A stretch of DNA of 64,000 nucleotides from Deltaproteobacteria bacterium. Its GTDB lineage: Bacteria; Desulfobacterota; GWC2-55-46. The notes beneath the pieces are model-generated. The model was not told where the DNA came from. It was given only the letters and a program-made list of their open reading frames with translations, and ran no database searches. A program made the position numbers and the translations under genes. The stretch spans positions 624,690 through 688,689 of the forward strand of contig JAIOIE010000018.1 in the NCBI GenBank assembly GCA_019912665.1, read 5' to 3'. Position 1 is the first letter of the stretch; every line of letters begins with the position of its first letter. Shown here piece after piece: positions 1-9,269 of the stretch.

Positions 1-819
1 AGGGGCCTTTCCCCTCTTCCCTCGCCTGTAAAGCTCCTTGCCCTCGAAAATGGCGTACCCGTGCTCGAGCCCCTGAAATTAAAAGACGAATCCTTCATGG
101 AGAGACTGCGGGCGCTCAGCCCCGACCTCATAGTGGTCGTTGCCTATGGAAAAATCCTCCCCACAGCCATACTCTCACTCCCCCCTAAGGGATGCGTCAA
201 CCTCCATGCCTCGCTTCTCCCTAAATACAGGGGCGCGGCCCCCATAAACCGGGCCATAATGAACGGCGAGAAAGAGACCGGGGTGTGCACCATGCTCATG
301 GATGAGGGCATGGACACCGGAGACACGCTCATCTGTGAGCGCATGCCAATAGGAGAGGAGGATACGGCAGAAGACCTCGCGAAGGCACTTTCGGAAAAAG
401 GGGCAGCTGTTCTTCTTAAGACCGTCGACCTCCTCTTGAGGGGCGACATAAAACCTGTTCCGCAGGACGATAGCCTCGCCTCGTACGCGCCTGTATTAAA
501 AAAAGAAGACGGCAGGGTCGATTGGAAAAGGAGCGGCGTCGAGATAAAGGACCAGGTCCGGGGGCTCTATCCGTGGCCCGGCGCTTTTACTTCCTGGAAG
601 GGATCGCTTTTGAAGATACACAAAGGGAAAGCGGCCGAGGCCGCTGCATCCGGAGGCGAGCCGGGGACCGTGCTGTATGCGGGCAAGGACGGGATAATAA
701 TCGCCTGCGGAAAAGGGGCTTTCGTCATAGCAGAGCTTCAGCCCGAGAACAAGAGACGCATGAGCGCGGCCGAGTTCGTGGCCGGCTACAGGGTTTCAAA
801 GGGGGAACGGCTTGGCTGA
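1..819 (+). CDS. fmt: Methionyl-tRNA formyltransferase, 5'-truncated by the window edge
   Basis: The translation has Fmt hallmarks (LHASLLPKYRGAAPINRAIMNGEKETGV, plus the C-terminal Fmt domain). The frame stays open back to nt 1 (..SPVKLLALENGVPVLEP), so the N-terminus lies outside the window. Confidence 0.9.
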   Translation, partial: RGLSPLPSPVKLLALENGVPVLEPLKLKDESFMERLRALSPDLIVVVAYGKILPTAILSLPPKGCVNLHASLLPKYRGAAPINRAIMNGEKETGVCTMLMDEGMDTGDTLICERMPIGEEDTAEDLAKALSEKGAAVLLKTVDLLLRGDIKPVPQDDSLASYAPVLKKEDGRVDWKRSGVEIKDQVRGLYPWPGAFTSWKGSLLKIHKGKAAEAAASGGEPGTVLYAGKDGIIIACGKGAFVIAELQPENKRRMSAAEFVAGYRVSKGERLG

Positions 820-1621
820 CGGTCAAATGCAGGGCATAGGTCACGGGAGCGCCGGGAGCATATCCTACAGGCCCGGGCGGAGCCTCTTCGCGGCCCTCAT
901 CGTACTCCTGGCATTGGCGGCAGCGTCCTTCGGCTTTCTCCTCTGGTATGTGCCGACAGTGGGCCTCCGGAACATCCATCCGGCGCTTCCCTGGCTCCTG
1001 GGCGTTATCACGTTCGTCTTTTCGCTTGCCATCTTCGGGGGCGGCGCGATAATACTGAACGCCGCGCTGCTCGGGAAGGTCCCCTTCTACTCCGGGTGGC
1101 TCCGCTGGCTCATAATGAGGTTTTACCTCCCGGTCATGTCACTGGCCGGGGCGCTCCTGAAAATGCCCAGGATAAAGATCGAACAGGCCTTCATAGAGCT
1201 CAATAACCAGATGGTCAGGATGATGGCCAGGGGCTTGAAACCAGGGCGCCTCCTCATACTCATGCCCCATTGCATACAGTTCGACAACTGCAAGATAAAG
1301 GTCACGAGGGACGTCAGGAACTGCGCCGGCTGCGGAAAGTGCGAGATAGGAGAGCTCGTTAATCTAAGCGACGAGTTCGGCATAAACCTCTTCATCTCGA
1401 CCGGCGGCACCGTCGCGAGGAGAAAAGTCCAGGAGGAGAGGCCGGACGCTGTCATAGCGGTCGCCTGCGAGAGGGACCTCGCGAGCGGCCTTCAGGACGC
1501 CTATCCCCTTCCGGTCCTGGCCATAGTAAACGAAAGGCCCCGCGGCTATTGCATGGAGACCGGGGTCGCGGTCAAAGACGTGCGCCAGGCCATTATAGAG
1601 CTTGCAGGCCGTGCCCCTTAG
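812..1621 (+). CDS. DUF116 family membrane protein with a Cys-rich C-terminal domain
   Basis: N-terminal TM helices are followed by CIQFDNC..CAGCGKCEIG..VACERDL, as in DUF116 proteins, which often follow fmt. TTG at 812 overlaps the fmt stop; ATG at 827 is an alternative start. Confidence 0.7.
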   Translation: MADGQMQGIGHGSAGSISYRPGRSLFAALIVLLALAAASFGFLLWYVPTVGLRNIHPALPWLLGVITFVFSLAIFGGGAIILNAALLGKVPFYSGWLRWLIMRFYLPVMSLAGALLKMPRIKIEQAFIELNNQMVRMMARGLKPGRLLILMPHCIQFDNCKIKVTRDVRNCAGCGKCEIGELVNLSDEFGINLFISTGGTVARRKVQEERPDAVIAVACERDLASGLQDAYPLPVLAIVNERPRGYCMETGVAVKDVRQAIIELAGRAP

Positions 1622-1772
1622 CCCACCCTCCAAACCGGTAACCGGAACATATACCTTTCCACGCTCGCTTCAAATGTACTCCCTTAATAAGATATAATCA
1701 AAAGAGAGCCGGTCGCTTCCGCGGAGCCGATCAGTTCGGGTTTCCGGCAGCAGGCCGGGCCGGGAGGGCCTT

Positions 1773-2609
1773 ATGAACTATTTGAAGACAGCCGCCCTTT
1801 TAGCGGTGCTTACAGCCTTGTTGATCTTCCTGGGAGACATGCTCGGCGGACGCCAGGGCGCGATACTTGCGCTTATCTTCGCGGGGGTCATGAACTTCGG
1901 GGCCTACTGGTGGAGCGACAAAATAGTGCTCAGGATGTATAACGCCAGGAGGGTGGACGAGGGGAGCGCGCCAGGCCTCTACCGCATAGTGGCGGAGCTT
2001 GCTTCAAGGGCCGGGATGCCGATGCCCGCAGTCCATATAATAGAGAACGATACCCCAAATGCCTTCGCCACTGGCCGGAACCCGGACCATGCGGCGGTGG
2101 CAGTGACGACCGGGATTATGAGGATACTGAACAGAGAGGAACTCGAAGGGGTAATAGCTCACGAGCTTTCGCACGTAAAGCACAGGGACATACTCATATC
2201 ATCGGTCGCTGCGACCATTGCCGGAGCCATAACCCTCCTTGCGCGCCTGGCGTACTTTTCGGCCATATTCGGCGGACGGCGCGGACGGGGCGGCAACCCT
2301 TTGGCGCTGCTCGTGATGATGATAGTCGCGCCGATAGCCGCGATGATAGTGCAGCTCGCCGTGTCAAGGTCGAGGGAGTACGGGGCCGACGACGGAGGGG
2401 CCAGGCTCACTAACCCGCTTTACCTCGCGAGCGCTTTGAGGAAGCTCGAGTATCAGAACAGGCGCCATCCCATGGAAGTAAACGACGGAACGGCGCACCT
2501 CTTTATAGTTAACCCATTGAGCGCCCGGTCTTTCGCCAAGCTCTTCTCCACCCACCCGCCAATAGCGGAACGGGTCCGGCGGCTTGAGGGGAAAGCGGGC
2601 GGCTTGTGA
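1773..2609 (+). CDS. htpX: Zinc metalloprotease HtpX (peptidase M48)
   Basis: TM helices, the HELSHVKHRD (HExxH) motif, and the C-terminal FSTHPPIAERV typical of HtpX. A GGGAGGG RBS lies just upstream of the ATG. Confidence 0.9.
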   Translation: MNYLKTAALLAVLTALLIFLGDMLGGRQGAILALIFAGVMNFGAYWWSDKIVLRMYNARRVDEGSAPGLYRIVAELASRAGMPMPAVHIIENDTPNAFATGRNPDHAAVAVTTGIMRILNREELEGVIAHELSHVKHRDILISSVAATIAGAITLLARLAYFSAIFGGRRGRGGNPLALLVMMIVAPIAAMIVQLAVSRSREYGADDGGARLTNPLYLASALRKLEYQNRRHPMEVNDGTAHLFIVNPLSARSFAKLFSTHPPIAERVRRLEGKAGGL

Positions 2610-2668
2610 AACGGACTCGCAAAAAGGCGACCCATTGGAAGGACCGCATTTGCTTTCAAACAGCAGTT

Positions 2669-2836
2669 TTAGCAGGTTACGGGAAAAACACGGGATTCGC
2701 TAAAGGCTGCTCAAAAAGCTCCAGATGCGAGGCCCCCCGTTGTTGGAAATGGGAAGCGAGGAAGAGGGTATTTTTGCATACGTCGGAGTGTCAAGCGACG
2801 AAGCCAACGAAGCGGATGGACTTTTTCAGCGGCCTA
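2669..2836. repeat. Intergenic hairpin repeat, family 1, copy 1
   Basis: Left module ttagcaggttacgggaaaaac, then inverted termini aggctgctcaaaaag (2703) and ctttttcagcggcct (2821). Related copies lie at 19537-19688, 34477-34532 and 51780-51889. Confidence 0.7.
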
Positions 2837-2844
2837 CTTAGGAT

Positions 2845-3255
2845 TCAGGTCCTCTGATGCTCGTTCCTCTTCTTATAAAAAGTCAGGAACTCATCCATCG
2901 CGTCCCTGTCAGATTCGGTAAGGTCGAGGAACATTATGCCGTAGCGAAGTATCTTCCTGGGGGTTTCGCTAGTCGGTCTTATCCTCCTTGGCGCCGCCTC
3001 GGTGCCGGGCTCCACGCGAATTATCTCGCCGGTTATCTCAACCGACCTGTCGGTACCGGGCAGGGTGAAGGTGTACTTTACGAGGGAGCCTTTGGGTACC
3101 ATGAAGCCGGTCTCTACCAGCGCGCCGCTCGTGCTTATGTTTACGGTATTGCAGAGGCACGATTCCGCCGGAGCGGAGCTCCCTTCAAGCTTGAGCTTGC
3201 CGAGTATCTGAAGCTCAAATCTATCCGCCCTCGCCAGCTCCTTCAGGTTTCCCAT
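2845..3255 (-). CDS. PilZ domain protein
   Basis: 136 aa with NISTSG (N-x-S-x-x-G), the c-di-GMP-binding PilZ signature, and a beta-rich remainder. Codon usage matches the neighbouring genes. Confidence 0.7.
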   Translation of the reverse strand: MGNLKELARADRFELQILGKLKLEGSSAPAESCLCNTVNISTSGALVETGFMVPKGSLVKYTFTLPGTDRSVEITGEIIRVEPGTEAAPRRIRPTSETPRKILRYGIMFLDLTESDRDAMDEFLTFYKKRNEHQRT

Positions 3256-3467
3256 CTCGAATCCTCTCTCGCGGCTGTGCGTAAAGGCCGTTTAGGCCGT
3301 TAAATTCTAAGGATTGTCACTATATACCACGAATGAAAGCGGAGGTGAAATCTTTTTTTCATGCCGCTCGTCAGTATCGGTTCAAGCCGACATGATTTGA
3401 GTTGCTTTTCAGGCCTTATTTTGTTAGTATCCGGAAAAATATCCCTTTTAAATGCAATAGGAGGAAT

Positions 3468-4034
3468 ATGGGCAGCTCAAAAATATATGATACTCTTTTA
3501 AAGACGGCATTATTGTCATTTACCGCTCTACTGCTTGTTACGCCTTACGGCTGCTCCAAGGCCGAGAAGGAAGCCGCCGCTCCTGCCGAGCAGCAGCAAC
3601 AACAACAGCAGACCGCCGACCCGTCCGACCCGGCAAAGGCGCATTTCGAAAAAGGAGTGCAGCATCTCCTTAAAAAAGAATACGACCTCGCGATAAAGGA
3701 GTACGAGACCGTGCTCCAGTATAACCCCAAGAGCGCCGAAACATATAATAACCTGGGGTTCGCTTATTTCGACACCGGAGAGTTTGAAAAGGCCTCGGAA
3801 GCCCAAAAGAAGGCAGTCGAGATCAAACCTGACATGGCCAACGCATATTACGGGCTCGCAATGGCCCAGGAAAAGACCGGCGACCTTGTCGGGGCCCTTG
3901 AGAGCTGGAAGGCCTTCTCCGGCCTCACACAGCCGAACAGCAAATGGTGGGCCAAGGCCCAGGAGCGGATACAGGTCCTGGAAAACTACAAATCCGCACA
4001 CGGTCAGGACGCAGGCAAGCCTGCCGGACACTGA
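3468..4034 (+). CDS. TPR-repeat secreted protein, possibly a lipoprotein
   Basis: AGGAGG RBS before ATG 3468. Signal peptide ending PYGC, a Gln-rich linker (QQQQQQQ), then TPR repeats (AIKEYETVLQYNPKSAETYNNLGFAYF, ANAYYGLAMA). Confidence 0.75.
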   Translation: MGSSKIYDTLLKTALLSFTALLLVTPYGCSKAEKEAAAPAEQQQQQQQTADPSDPAKAHFEKGVQHLLKKEYDLAIKEYETVLQYNPKSAETYNNLGFAYFDTGEFEKASEAQKKAVEIKPDMANAYYGLAMAQEKTGDLVGALESWKAFSGLTQPNSKWWAKAQERIQVLENYKSAHGQDAGKPAGH

Positions 4035-4051
4035 AACCTGCAAGACTTTAA

Positions 4052-4090
4052 AATAAAAAAGGCAGGCCTTTTGGCCCGCCTTTTTTTTTG
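4052..4090. terminator. Bidirectional Rho-independent terminator between convergent genes
   Basis: aaaaaaGGCAGGCCttttGGCCCGCCttttttttt: a GC hairpin flanked by an A-run and a T-run, between the TPR gene (+) and purA (-). Confidence 0.75.
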
Positions 4091-4126
4091 CCCTTTGCGA
4101 GGATTGGGTCTAAAGAAGCGCTGAAT

Positions 4127-5419
4127 TTACTTGAACGGGTCCTTTATTACGATGGCGTCCTTCCTGTTCGCGCCCACCGAGACTATCACGGCCTCCACAC
4201 CCGATAGCTCCTCGAGCCTCCTCACATAATCCCTTGCCTTTGAGGGGAGCTTCTCAAAGCTCGTTACACCCTGCGTGGGCGCGCGCCAGCCCTCGATCTC
4301 TTCGTAGACCGGCTCGCAGCCGGAAAGGACGGCCCCTTCGGTCGGGAAGTCGTCTATCAACTTCCCCTTGTATCTGTACCCGGTGCAGACCTTTATCTTA
4401 TCGAGCTTGTCGAGCACGTCGAGCTTGGTTATGACGAGGCCGTCAAGGCCGTTGACCCTGGCCGCGTACCTCAAGGCCACTGCGTCGAACCAGCCGCACC
4501 TCCTCGGTCTTCCTGTGGTCGCGCCGTACTCCCCACCCTGCTCGCGGAGCCATTCGGCCTCGGCCCCGGAAAGCTCGGTCGGGAAGGGACCCTCGCCCAC
4601 CCTTGTGCAGTACGCCTTTGTTATGCCTATTACCTTGTCTATCCTTGAAGGCCCTATGCCGCTCCCGGTGACCGCTCCGCCCGCGACCGTGCTGCTGGAT
4701 GTGACATACGGGTAAGTGCCATGGTCTATGTCGAGGAGCGTGCCCTGGGCGCCCTCGAAGAGTATCTTCTTGCCCTCTTCCGAGGCGGACCAGAGAAACC
4801 TGGAGGTGTCCCTTATGAACGGCGCCATGGCCGAGGCATAGGACATGTAAGCCTCATGGACCTGGCCGGCGTCGAATCCTTCCTCGCCGAGTATGGTCTT
4901 TATGAACTGGCTCTTCTCGACGAGGTTGGCCTCGAGTTTCCGCCTGAAGGCGTCGGCGTCGAAGAGGTCGCCGCATTTTATGCCGCACCTTGCGACCTTG
5001 TCCTCGTAGGCCGGGCCTATGCCGCGGCCGGTTGTGCCTATTTTCGCAGCGCCTCTCAGTTTCTCGCGCGCTATGTCCAGCTTCTTATGGTAGGGCATTA
5101 TAAGGTGCGCGTCCTTGCTTATAAGGAGGTCCTCGGGCCTGAAGATGCCTTTCGCCTTAAGGAGCTCTATCTCCTTCACGAGCACCTCGGGGTCGAGCAC
5201 CACGCCAGCGCCGATTACGCAGGTCTTTCCCGGATGGAGCACGCCGGAAGGAAGAAGGTGGAATATGTATTTCTCCGAACCGACGATAACGGTATGCCCC
5301 GCGTTATTCCCGCCCTGAAAGCGGACGACCACGTCCGCGCTCTCCGTGAGGATGTCGACGATCTTTCCCTTGCCCTCGTCCCCCCACTGGGCGCCTACTA
5401 TTACTATGTTCCTGGCCAT
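4127..5419 (-). CDS. purA: Adenylosuccinate synthetase
   Basis: MARNIVIVGAQWGDEGKGKIVD P-loop at the N-terminus, GGNNAGHT, and full-length PurA-like sequence. An upstream ATG at 5449 would form an ATGA overlap with the hisZ stop and is a possible alternative start. Confidence 0.93.
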   Translation of the reverse strand: MARNIVIVGAQWGDEGKGKIVDILTESADVVVRFQGGNNAGHTVIVGSEKYIFHLLPSGVLHPGKTCVIGAGVVLDPEVLVKEIELLKAKGIFRPEDLLISKDAHLIMPYHKKLDIAREKLRGAAKIGTTGRGIGPAYEDKVARCGIKCGDLFDADAFRRKLEANLVEKSQFIKTILGEEGFDAGQVHEAYMSYASAMAPFIRDTSRFLWSASEEGKKILFEGAQGTLLDIDHGTYPYVTSSSTVAGGAVTGSGIGPSRIDKVIGITKAYCTRVGEGPFPTELSGAEAEWLREQGGEYGATTGRPRRCGWFDAVALRYAARVNGLDGLVITKLDVLDKLDKIKVCTGYRYKGKLIDDFPTEGAVLSGCEPVYEEIEGWRAPTQGVTSFEKLPSKARDYVRRLEELSGVEAVIVSVGANRKDAIVIKDPFK

Positions 5420-5445
5420 CCTTCCCCTGTCCTTTTCCGAATTCT

Positions 5446-6450
5446 TCATTTCCCGCCGGTCCTGGCCTCCAGGCCGGATGAGAGCTGCTCGACGTCAAAG
5501 GCGAAGCCAGTGGCCCTGCACGGATACCCGTACTTCTCAAGCAGGCTGTCATATCTGCCGCCCGAGAGGATGGGCTTCCCGATGCCCGGGGCGAAGCCTT
5601 CGAATATGATGCCCGTGTAATAATCGAAGCCCCTGACCTCGCCGAGGTCTATGGTTATCCAATCCCTGAGCCCGCTGGAGGCTATCGCTTCCATCACCTT
5701 CCCGAGATAATCGAGGGAGGCCAGGGCCGAAGGGTCTTTCGTGAGCGAAGCCGCCTTCTCTATGACCTCTTCCTCGCCGTAGAATGTGGTGAGGTTCATA
5801 AGGAGCTCCTTGTCGCCCGCGCCTATGCTGTCAATTCGGCCAAGGAGCGTTTCCAGCCCCGAGGTGTCTTTTTTCTCAAGGAGGCCCTGCACCGTTTTCC
5901 TCAAGCCCTCGTCGAAATGGCTCTCAAGGACCTTCTTAAGGAACCCGACGTCGCCGATGTCGATCTTGAAGTCCTTAAGGCCCACGGCCTTAAGCGCCTC
6001 GACGGCCATTATTATCATCCTGGCGTCGTCTTCCGGGGAGGCCTCCGCGGATATGTACTCCGCCCCAATCTGCAGGACCTCCCGCTTCCTTCCGTCCCTC
6101 GTGTCCTGGTACCTTACCACACTTTCGTTATAGCAGAGTTTCAAGGGAAGCGCGTGAGCGCGCATCCTGGTCGCGGCCACCCTCGCTATCTGGGGCGTTA
6201 TGTCCGGCCTTATTGCTATGACCCGGCCGGTGGGCGGGTCTATGAACTTAATGACGCTCTCCAGGAGGTCGGACCCGGCTCCGATTGAAAGGACGTCCGC
6301 GTACTCGAGTAGCGGCGTGATCACCTTCCTGAAGCCGTACCTTGAGAATACCGAGAGTATCCCGGACTCGACTGCCCCGATCCTCTCGGCTTCTTCAGGC
6401 AATATGTCTCTTACGCCCTGCGGCAGGGATATGGTAGGCGAATTTATCAT
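5446..6450 (-). CDS. hisZ: ATP phosphoribosyltransferase regulatory subunit (HisRS paralogue)
   Basis: Class II aaRS-like core (LPQGVRDILPEE, GGRYD) with no anticodon-binding domain. The start is placed at ATG 6450 because ATG 6486 lies inside the serA terminator hairpin. Confidence 0.8.
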   Translation of the reverse strand: MINSPTISLPQGVRDILPEEAERIGAVESGILSVFSRYGFRKVITPLLEYADVLSIGAGSDLLESVIKFIDPPTGRVIAIRPDITPQIARVAATRMRAHALPLKLCYNESVVRYQDTRDGRKREVLQIGAEYISAEASPEDDARMIIMAVEALKAVGLKDFKIDIGDVGFLKKVLESHFDEGLRKTVQGLLEKKDTSGLETLLGRIDSIGAGDKELLMNLTTFYGEEEVIEKAASLTKDPSALASLDYLGKVMEAIASSGLRDWITIDLGEVRGFDYYTGIIFEGFAPGIGKPILSGGRYDSLLEKYGYPCRATGFAFDVEQLSSGLEARTGGK

Positions 6451-6460
6451 GATTGTCCCG

Positions 6461-6496
6461 GAAAAAAGCCGTGTTACGCATAACATAACACGGCTT
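6461..6496 (-). terminator. Rho-independent terminator downstream of serA
   Basis: On the minus strand, AAGCCGTGTTA-loop-TAACACGGCTT is followed by TTTTTT, about 40 nt after the serA stop. Confidence 0.7.
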
Positions 6497-6538
6497 TATC
6501 CGGTGGTCTATTAATTTTTGTTAAGGCTTTCGTGCGGC

Positions 6539-8122
6539 TCAGAGCTCCACGACGTCGGCCTTTATCATATGCGGGAGCTTGAGTATTTTCTCTATGAGCC
6601 CCTTGGATATGGGCGTGTCCACGCTCCAGACAGATACGGCCGCGCCTCCGACAGCCTGCCTGCCGAGATGGAGCCTCGCGACGTTTATGTTGTTCGCGGC
6701 AAGGAGAGTGCCCACGTTCCCGATGACGCCGGGCTTGTCCTCGTTCTGAAGGAGAAGGAGGTATCCTTCGGGCACTGCGTCAAGCAGGAACTTGTCTATC
6801 CTCACTATCCTCGGCTCCTTCTTGCCGAAGAGCGCGCCCTCGACCACGTTCTCCTCGTCCTTGGTGCCGACCTTTATGGTCACGGAGCTTGCGAAATCCG
6901 TGGACCTCGAGCTCTTTATCTCGACTACCTTTATCCCGCGCTCCTTTGCCACGAACGGGGCGTTCACGAAATTGACGTACATGTCGAGGACCTGGTCAAG
7001 GAGGCCCTTGAGGCACGAGATGGTTATGGGCGCGACGTCGTAGTTGACGACGTCCCCGCTGTACTCGATAGTTACCTCCTCTATGCCGCCCTTAAGTATC
7101 TGCCCCTGGAAGCTCCCGAGCTTCTCGCCGAGCGAGATATAGGGCCCGAGCGCCGTCAGGAGCTCGGCCGGTATGGAGGGCACGTTCACCGCGTTCCTTA
7201 TGGTGCCGTTCACGAGGTAGTCGACGATTTGCTCGGCTATGGCCACGGCCACGCTCTCCTGCGCCTCCTGCGTGGATGCGCCGAGATGCGGGGTGAGGAT
7301 CACCTCATCGAGCTGAAGGAGCGGGTTGTCGGCCGGGGTGGGCTCCTTCTCGAAGACGTCCATGGCCGCGCCCGAGACTATCTTGTCCTTTATGGCCTCA
7401 GCGAGGTCGGCCTCGTTCACTATGCCGCCCCTTGCGCAGTTAATTATCTTTACGCCCTTCTTCATCTTCCTGAAGGCGTCGGCGTTAACGATATTCTTCG
7501 TCTCGTTCGTAAGCGGCACGTGTATGGAAATGAAGTCGCTTCTCCTGAAGAGCTCGTCCACGGTGACGAGGGCTATGCCCATCTTGTCGGCCGCCTCCTC
7601 GGATATGAAGGGGTCGTAGGCTATGACGTTCATCCGAAGGCCCAGGGCCCTGCTAGCGACGACGCTCCCGATATTACCCACGCCGAGGATGCCGAGGGTC
7701 TTCCCGGTTATCTCGGTCCCCTCGAACTTCTTCTTCTCCCATTCGCCCTTCCTCATGGAGGCGGTAGCCTGGGGGATCTTCCTTGCAAGGGCCATCATCA
7801 TGGCGATCGCGTGCTCGGCTGTCGTGATGGTGTTGCCGCCAGGGGTGTTCATTACAACTATCCCCTTTTTGGTCGCGGCGATCGTGTCTATGTTGTCCAC
7901 ACCCGTCCCGGCGCGGCCTATGACCTTGAGGTTTTCGGCGGCCTCGATTATCTCGGCCGTGGCCTTCGTGGCGCTCCTTACGACAAGGCCGTGATAATCC
8001 TTTATCTTGGCCTTGAGCTCATCGGGCTTAAGATTGGTTATTACGTCCACTTCGAGGCCGGGCGTATTTTTGAGGACGTCAACGGCCTTCGAAGACATGC
8101 TGTCGCTTATGAGTACCTTCAT
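6539..8122 (-). CDS. serA: D-3-phosphoglycerate dehydrogenase (long form with C-terminal ACT domain)
   Basis: MKVLISD start, NAD-binding GILGVGNIGS, 2-hydroxyacid dehydrogenase core, and an ACT-like C-terminus. The start follows directly after the upstream gene's stop. Confidence 0.92.
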   Translation of the reverse strand: MKVLISDSMSSKAVDVLKNTPGLEVDVITNLKPDELKAKIKDYHGLVVRSATKATAEIIEAAENLKVIGRAGTGVDNIDTIAATKKGIVVMNTPGGNTITTAEHAIAMMMALARKIPQATASMRKGEWEKKKFEGTEITGKTLGILGVGNIGSVVASRALGLRMNVIAYDPFISEEAADKMGIALVTVDELFRRSDFISIHVPLTNETKNIVNADAFRKMKKGVKIINCARGGIVNEADLAEAIKDKIVSGAAMDVFEKEPTPADNPLLQLDEVILTPHLGASTQEAQESVAVAIAEQIVDYLVNGTIRNAVNVPSIPAELLTALGPYISLGEKLGSFQGQILKGGIEEVTIEYSGDVVNYDVAPITISCLKGLLDQVLDMYVNFVNAPFVAKERGIKVVEIKSSRSTDFASSVTIKVGTKDEENVVEGALFGKKEPRIVRIDKFLLDAVPEGYLLLLQNEDKPGVIGNVGTLLAANNINVARLHLGRQAVGGAAVSVWSVDTPISKGLIEKILKLPHMIKADVVEL

Positions 8123-8123
8123 A

Positions 8124-9269
8124 TCACTTGTATCCTTCCGCGAGAATTTGAAGGGCGGCCGCAACACCCTTCCCGTACTGGGCCTTGTACCCGAACTTGT
8201 TGAGCGCTATCTCGAGGGCCGAGATGGCCGTTACGACATCGAAGGTGTCCACGTACCCGAGGTGCGCGACCCTCACTATCTTGCCCTTCAGGTGGTCCTG
8301 GCCGCCGGCCATGGTGACCCCCATGTCGTCCCTCATGTATTTCACGAGCTTTCCACCCTCGACCCCTTCGGGGACGAAGATGCCGGTAGTGGCATTGGAG
8401 GGGTTCTCGGGGGCGAGGAGCTTAAGCCCCAAGGCCTCTGCCGCGGCCCTTGTGGCCCTGGCCAGCCTATCATGCCTCGCGAAGACGTTTTGTAGCCCCT
8501 CTTCCTTTATCATCAGAAGGGCCTGCCTCAGGCCGGTTATGAGGGAGACGGCCGGGGTATAGGCGGAGGTATTGTCCTTAAGGTTCTTCCTCTCCTTCTT
8601 GAAATCGAAATAGAACCTGGGGCACTTGGCGGTCTCCTGGAATTTCCAGGCCTTCTCCGAGAGCGCTACGAAGGCGAGTCCGGGCGGGAGCATGAAGGCC
8701 TTCTGGGAGCCGGAAACAAGGACGTCTATGCCCCAGTCGTCCATGGGGAGATCGAATACGCCGACGCCGGTTATGCCGTCGACTATGAGGAGGCATTCCC
8801 TGTCTTTCGTAAGGGCCGCAAGCTCTTTTGTCGGATGGGCTACGGTCGTCGAGGTCTCGCTCGCCTGGACGAGCACTGCCCGTGATTTCGGGTTCTCATC
8901 CAGTACCTTCTTTACGACGGCCGGGTCGACCGCCTTGCCCCATTCTACATTTATCCAGTGGGCCTTCAGGCCGTAGGCCTCGGAGATCTTCCCCCACCTC
9001 TCACCGAACTTTCCGCCGTTTATTACGACCACCTCGTCTCCGGGGGAGAAGAGGTTGGTGATCGAGCCTTCCATGGCGCCGGTCCCCGAGGCGGCGAGCA
9101 TTAGGACGTCCTGCTTCGTCTGGAATACGTATTTAAGGAGCTCAGCCGTTTCCTTGAAGACCTCCGAGAACTGGGGGGTCCTGTGGTGGATTATGGGCTG
9201 GGCCATCGCAAGGAGCGCCGACTCGGGCACAGGTGTCGGGCCGGGCGCCAGAAGGTAACTCTTTCTCAT
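8124..9269 (-). CDS. Class V aminotransferase (serine-glyoxylate / phosphoserine aminotransferase family)
   Basis: LAPGPTPVP N-terminus and the SGSQKAF PLP-lysine motif. GGGAGG RBS. Co-transcription with serA suggests a phosphoserine aminotransferase role. Confidence 0.85.
   Translation of the reverse strand: MRKSYLLAPGPTPVPESALLAMAQPIIHHRTPQFSEVFKETAELLKYVFQTKQDVLMLAASGTGAMEGSITNLFSPGDEVVVINGGKFGERWGKISEAYGLKAHWINVEWGKAVDPAVVKKVLDENPKSRAVLVQASETSTTVAHPTKELAALTKDRECLLIVDGITGVGVFDLPMDDWGIDVLVSGSQKAFMLPPGLAFVALSEKAWKFQETAKCPRFYFDFKKERKNLKDNTSAYTPAVSLITGLRQALLMIKEEGLQNVFARHDRLARATRAAAEALGLKLLAPENPSNATTGIFVPEGVEGGKLVKYMRDDMGVTMAGGQDHLKGKIVRVAHLGYVDTFDVVTAISALEIALNKFGYKAQYGKGVAAALQILAEGYK

Noticed and set aside
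2606-2857. 83-aa ORF in the htpX / PilZ gene intergenic space.
   Set aside because: It lies entirely within a copy of hairpin-repeat family 1. Related pseudo-ORFs appear wherever the repeat occurs, so it is a translation artefact of the repeat.
4721-5620. 299-aa plus-strand ORF opposite purA/hisZ.
   Set aside because: It is antisense to two strongly supported genes and bridges their junction. No motifs.
6518-8203. 561-aa plus-strand ORF, the longest of several ORFs opposite serA.
   Set aside because: It is exactly antisense to a full-length, motif-rich serA. Its composition (Leu/Arg/Gly/His/Tyr/Val-rich, no recognisable motif) is typical of a shadow frame in GC-rich DNA.
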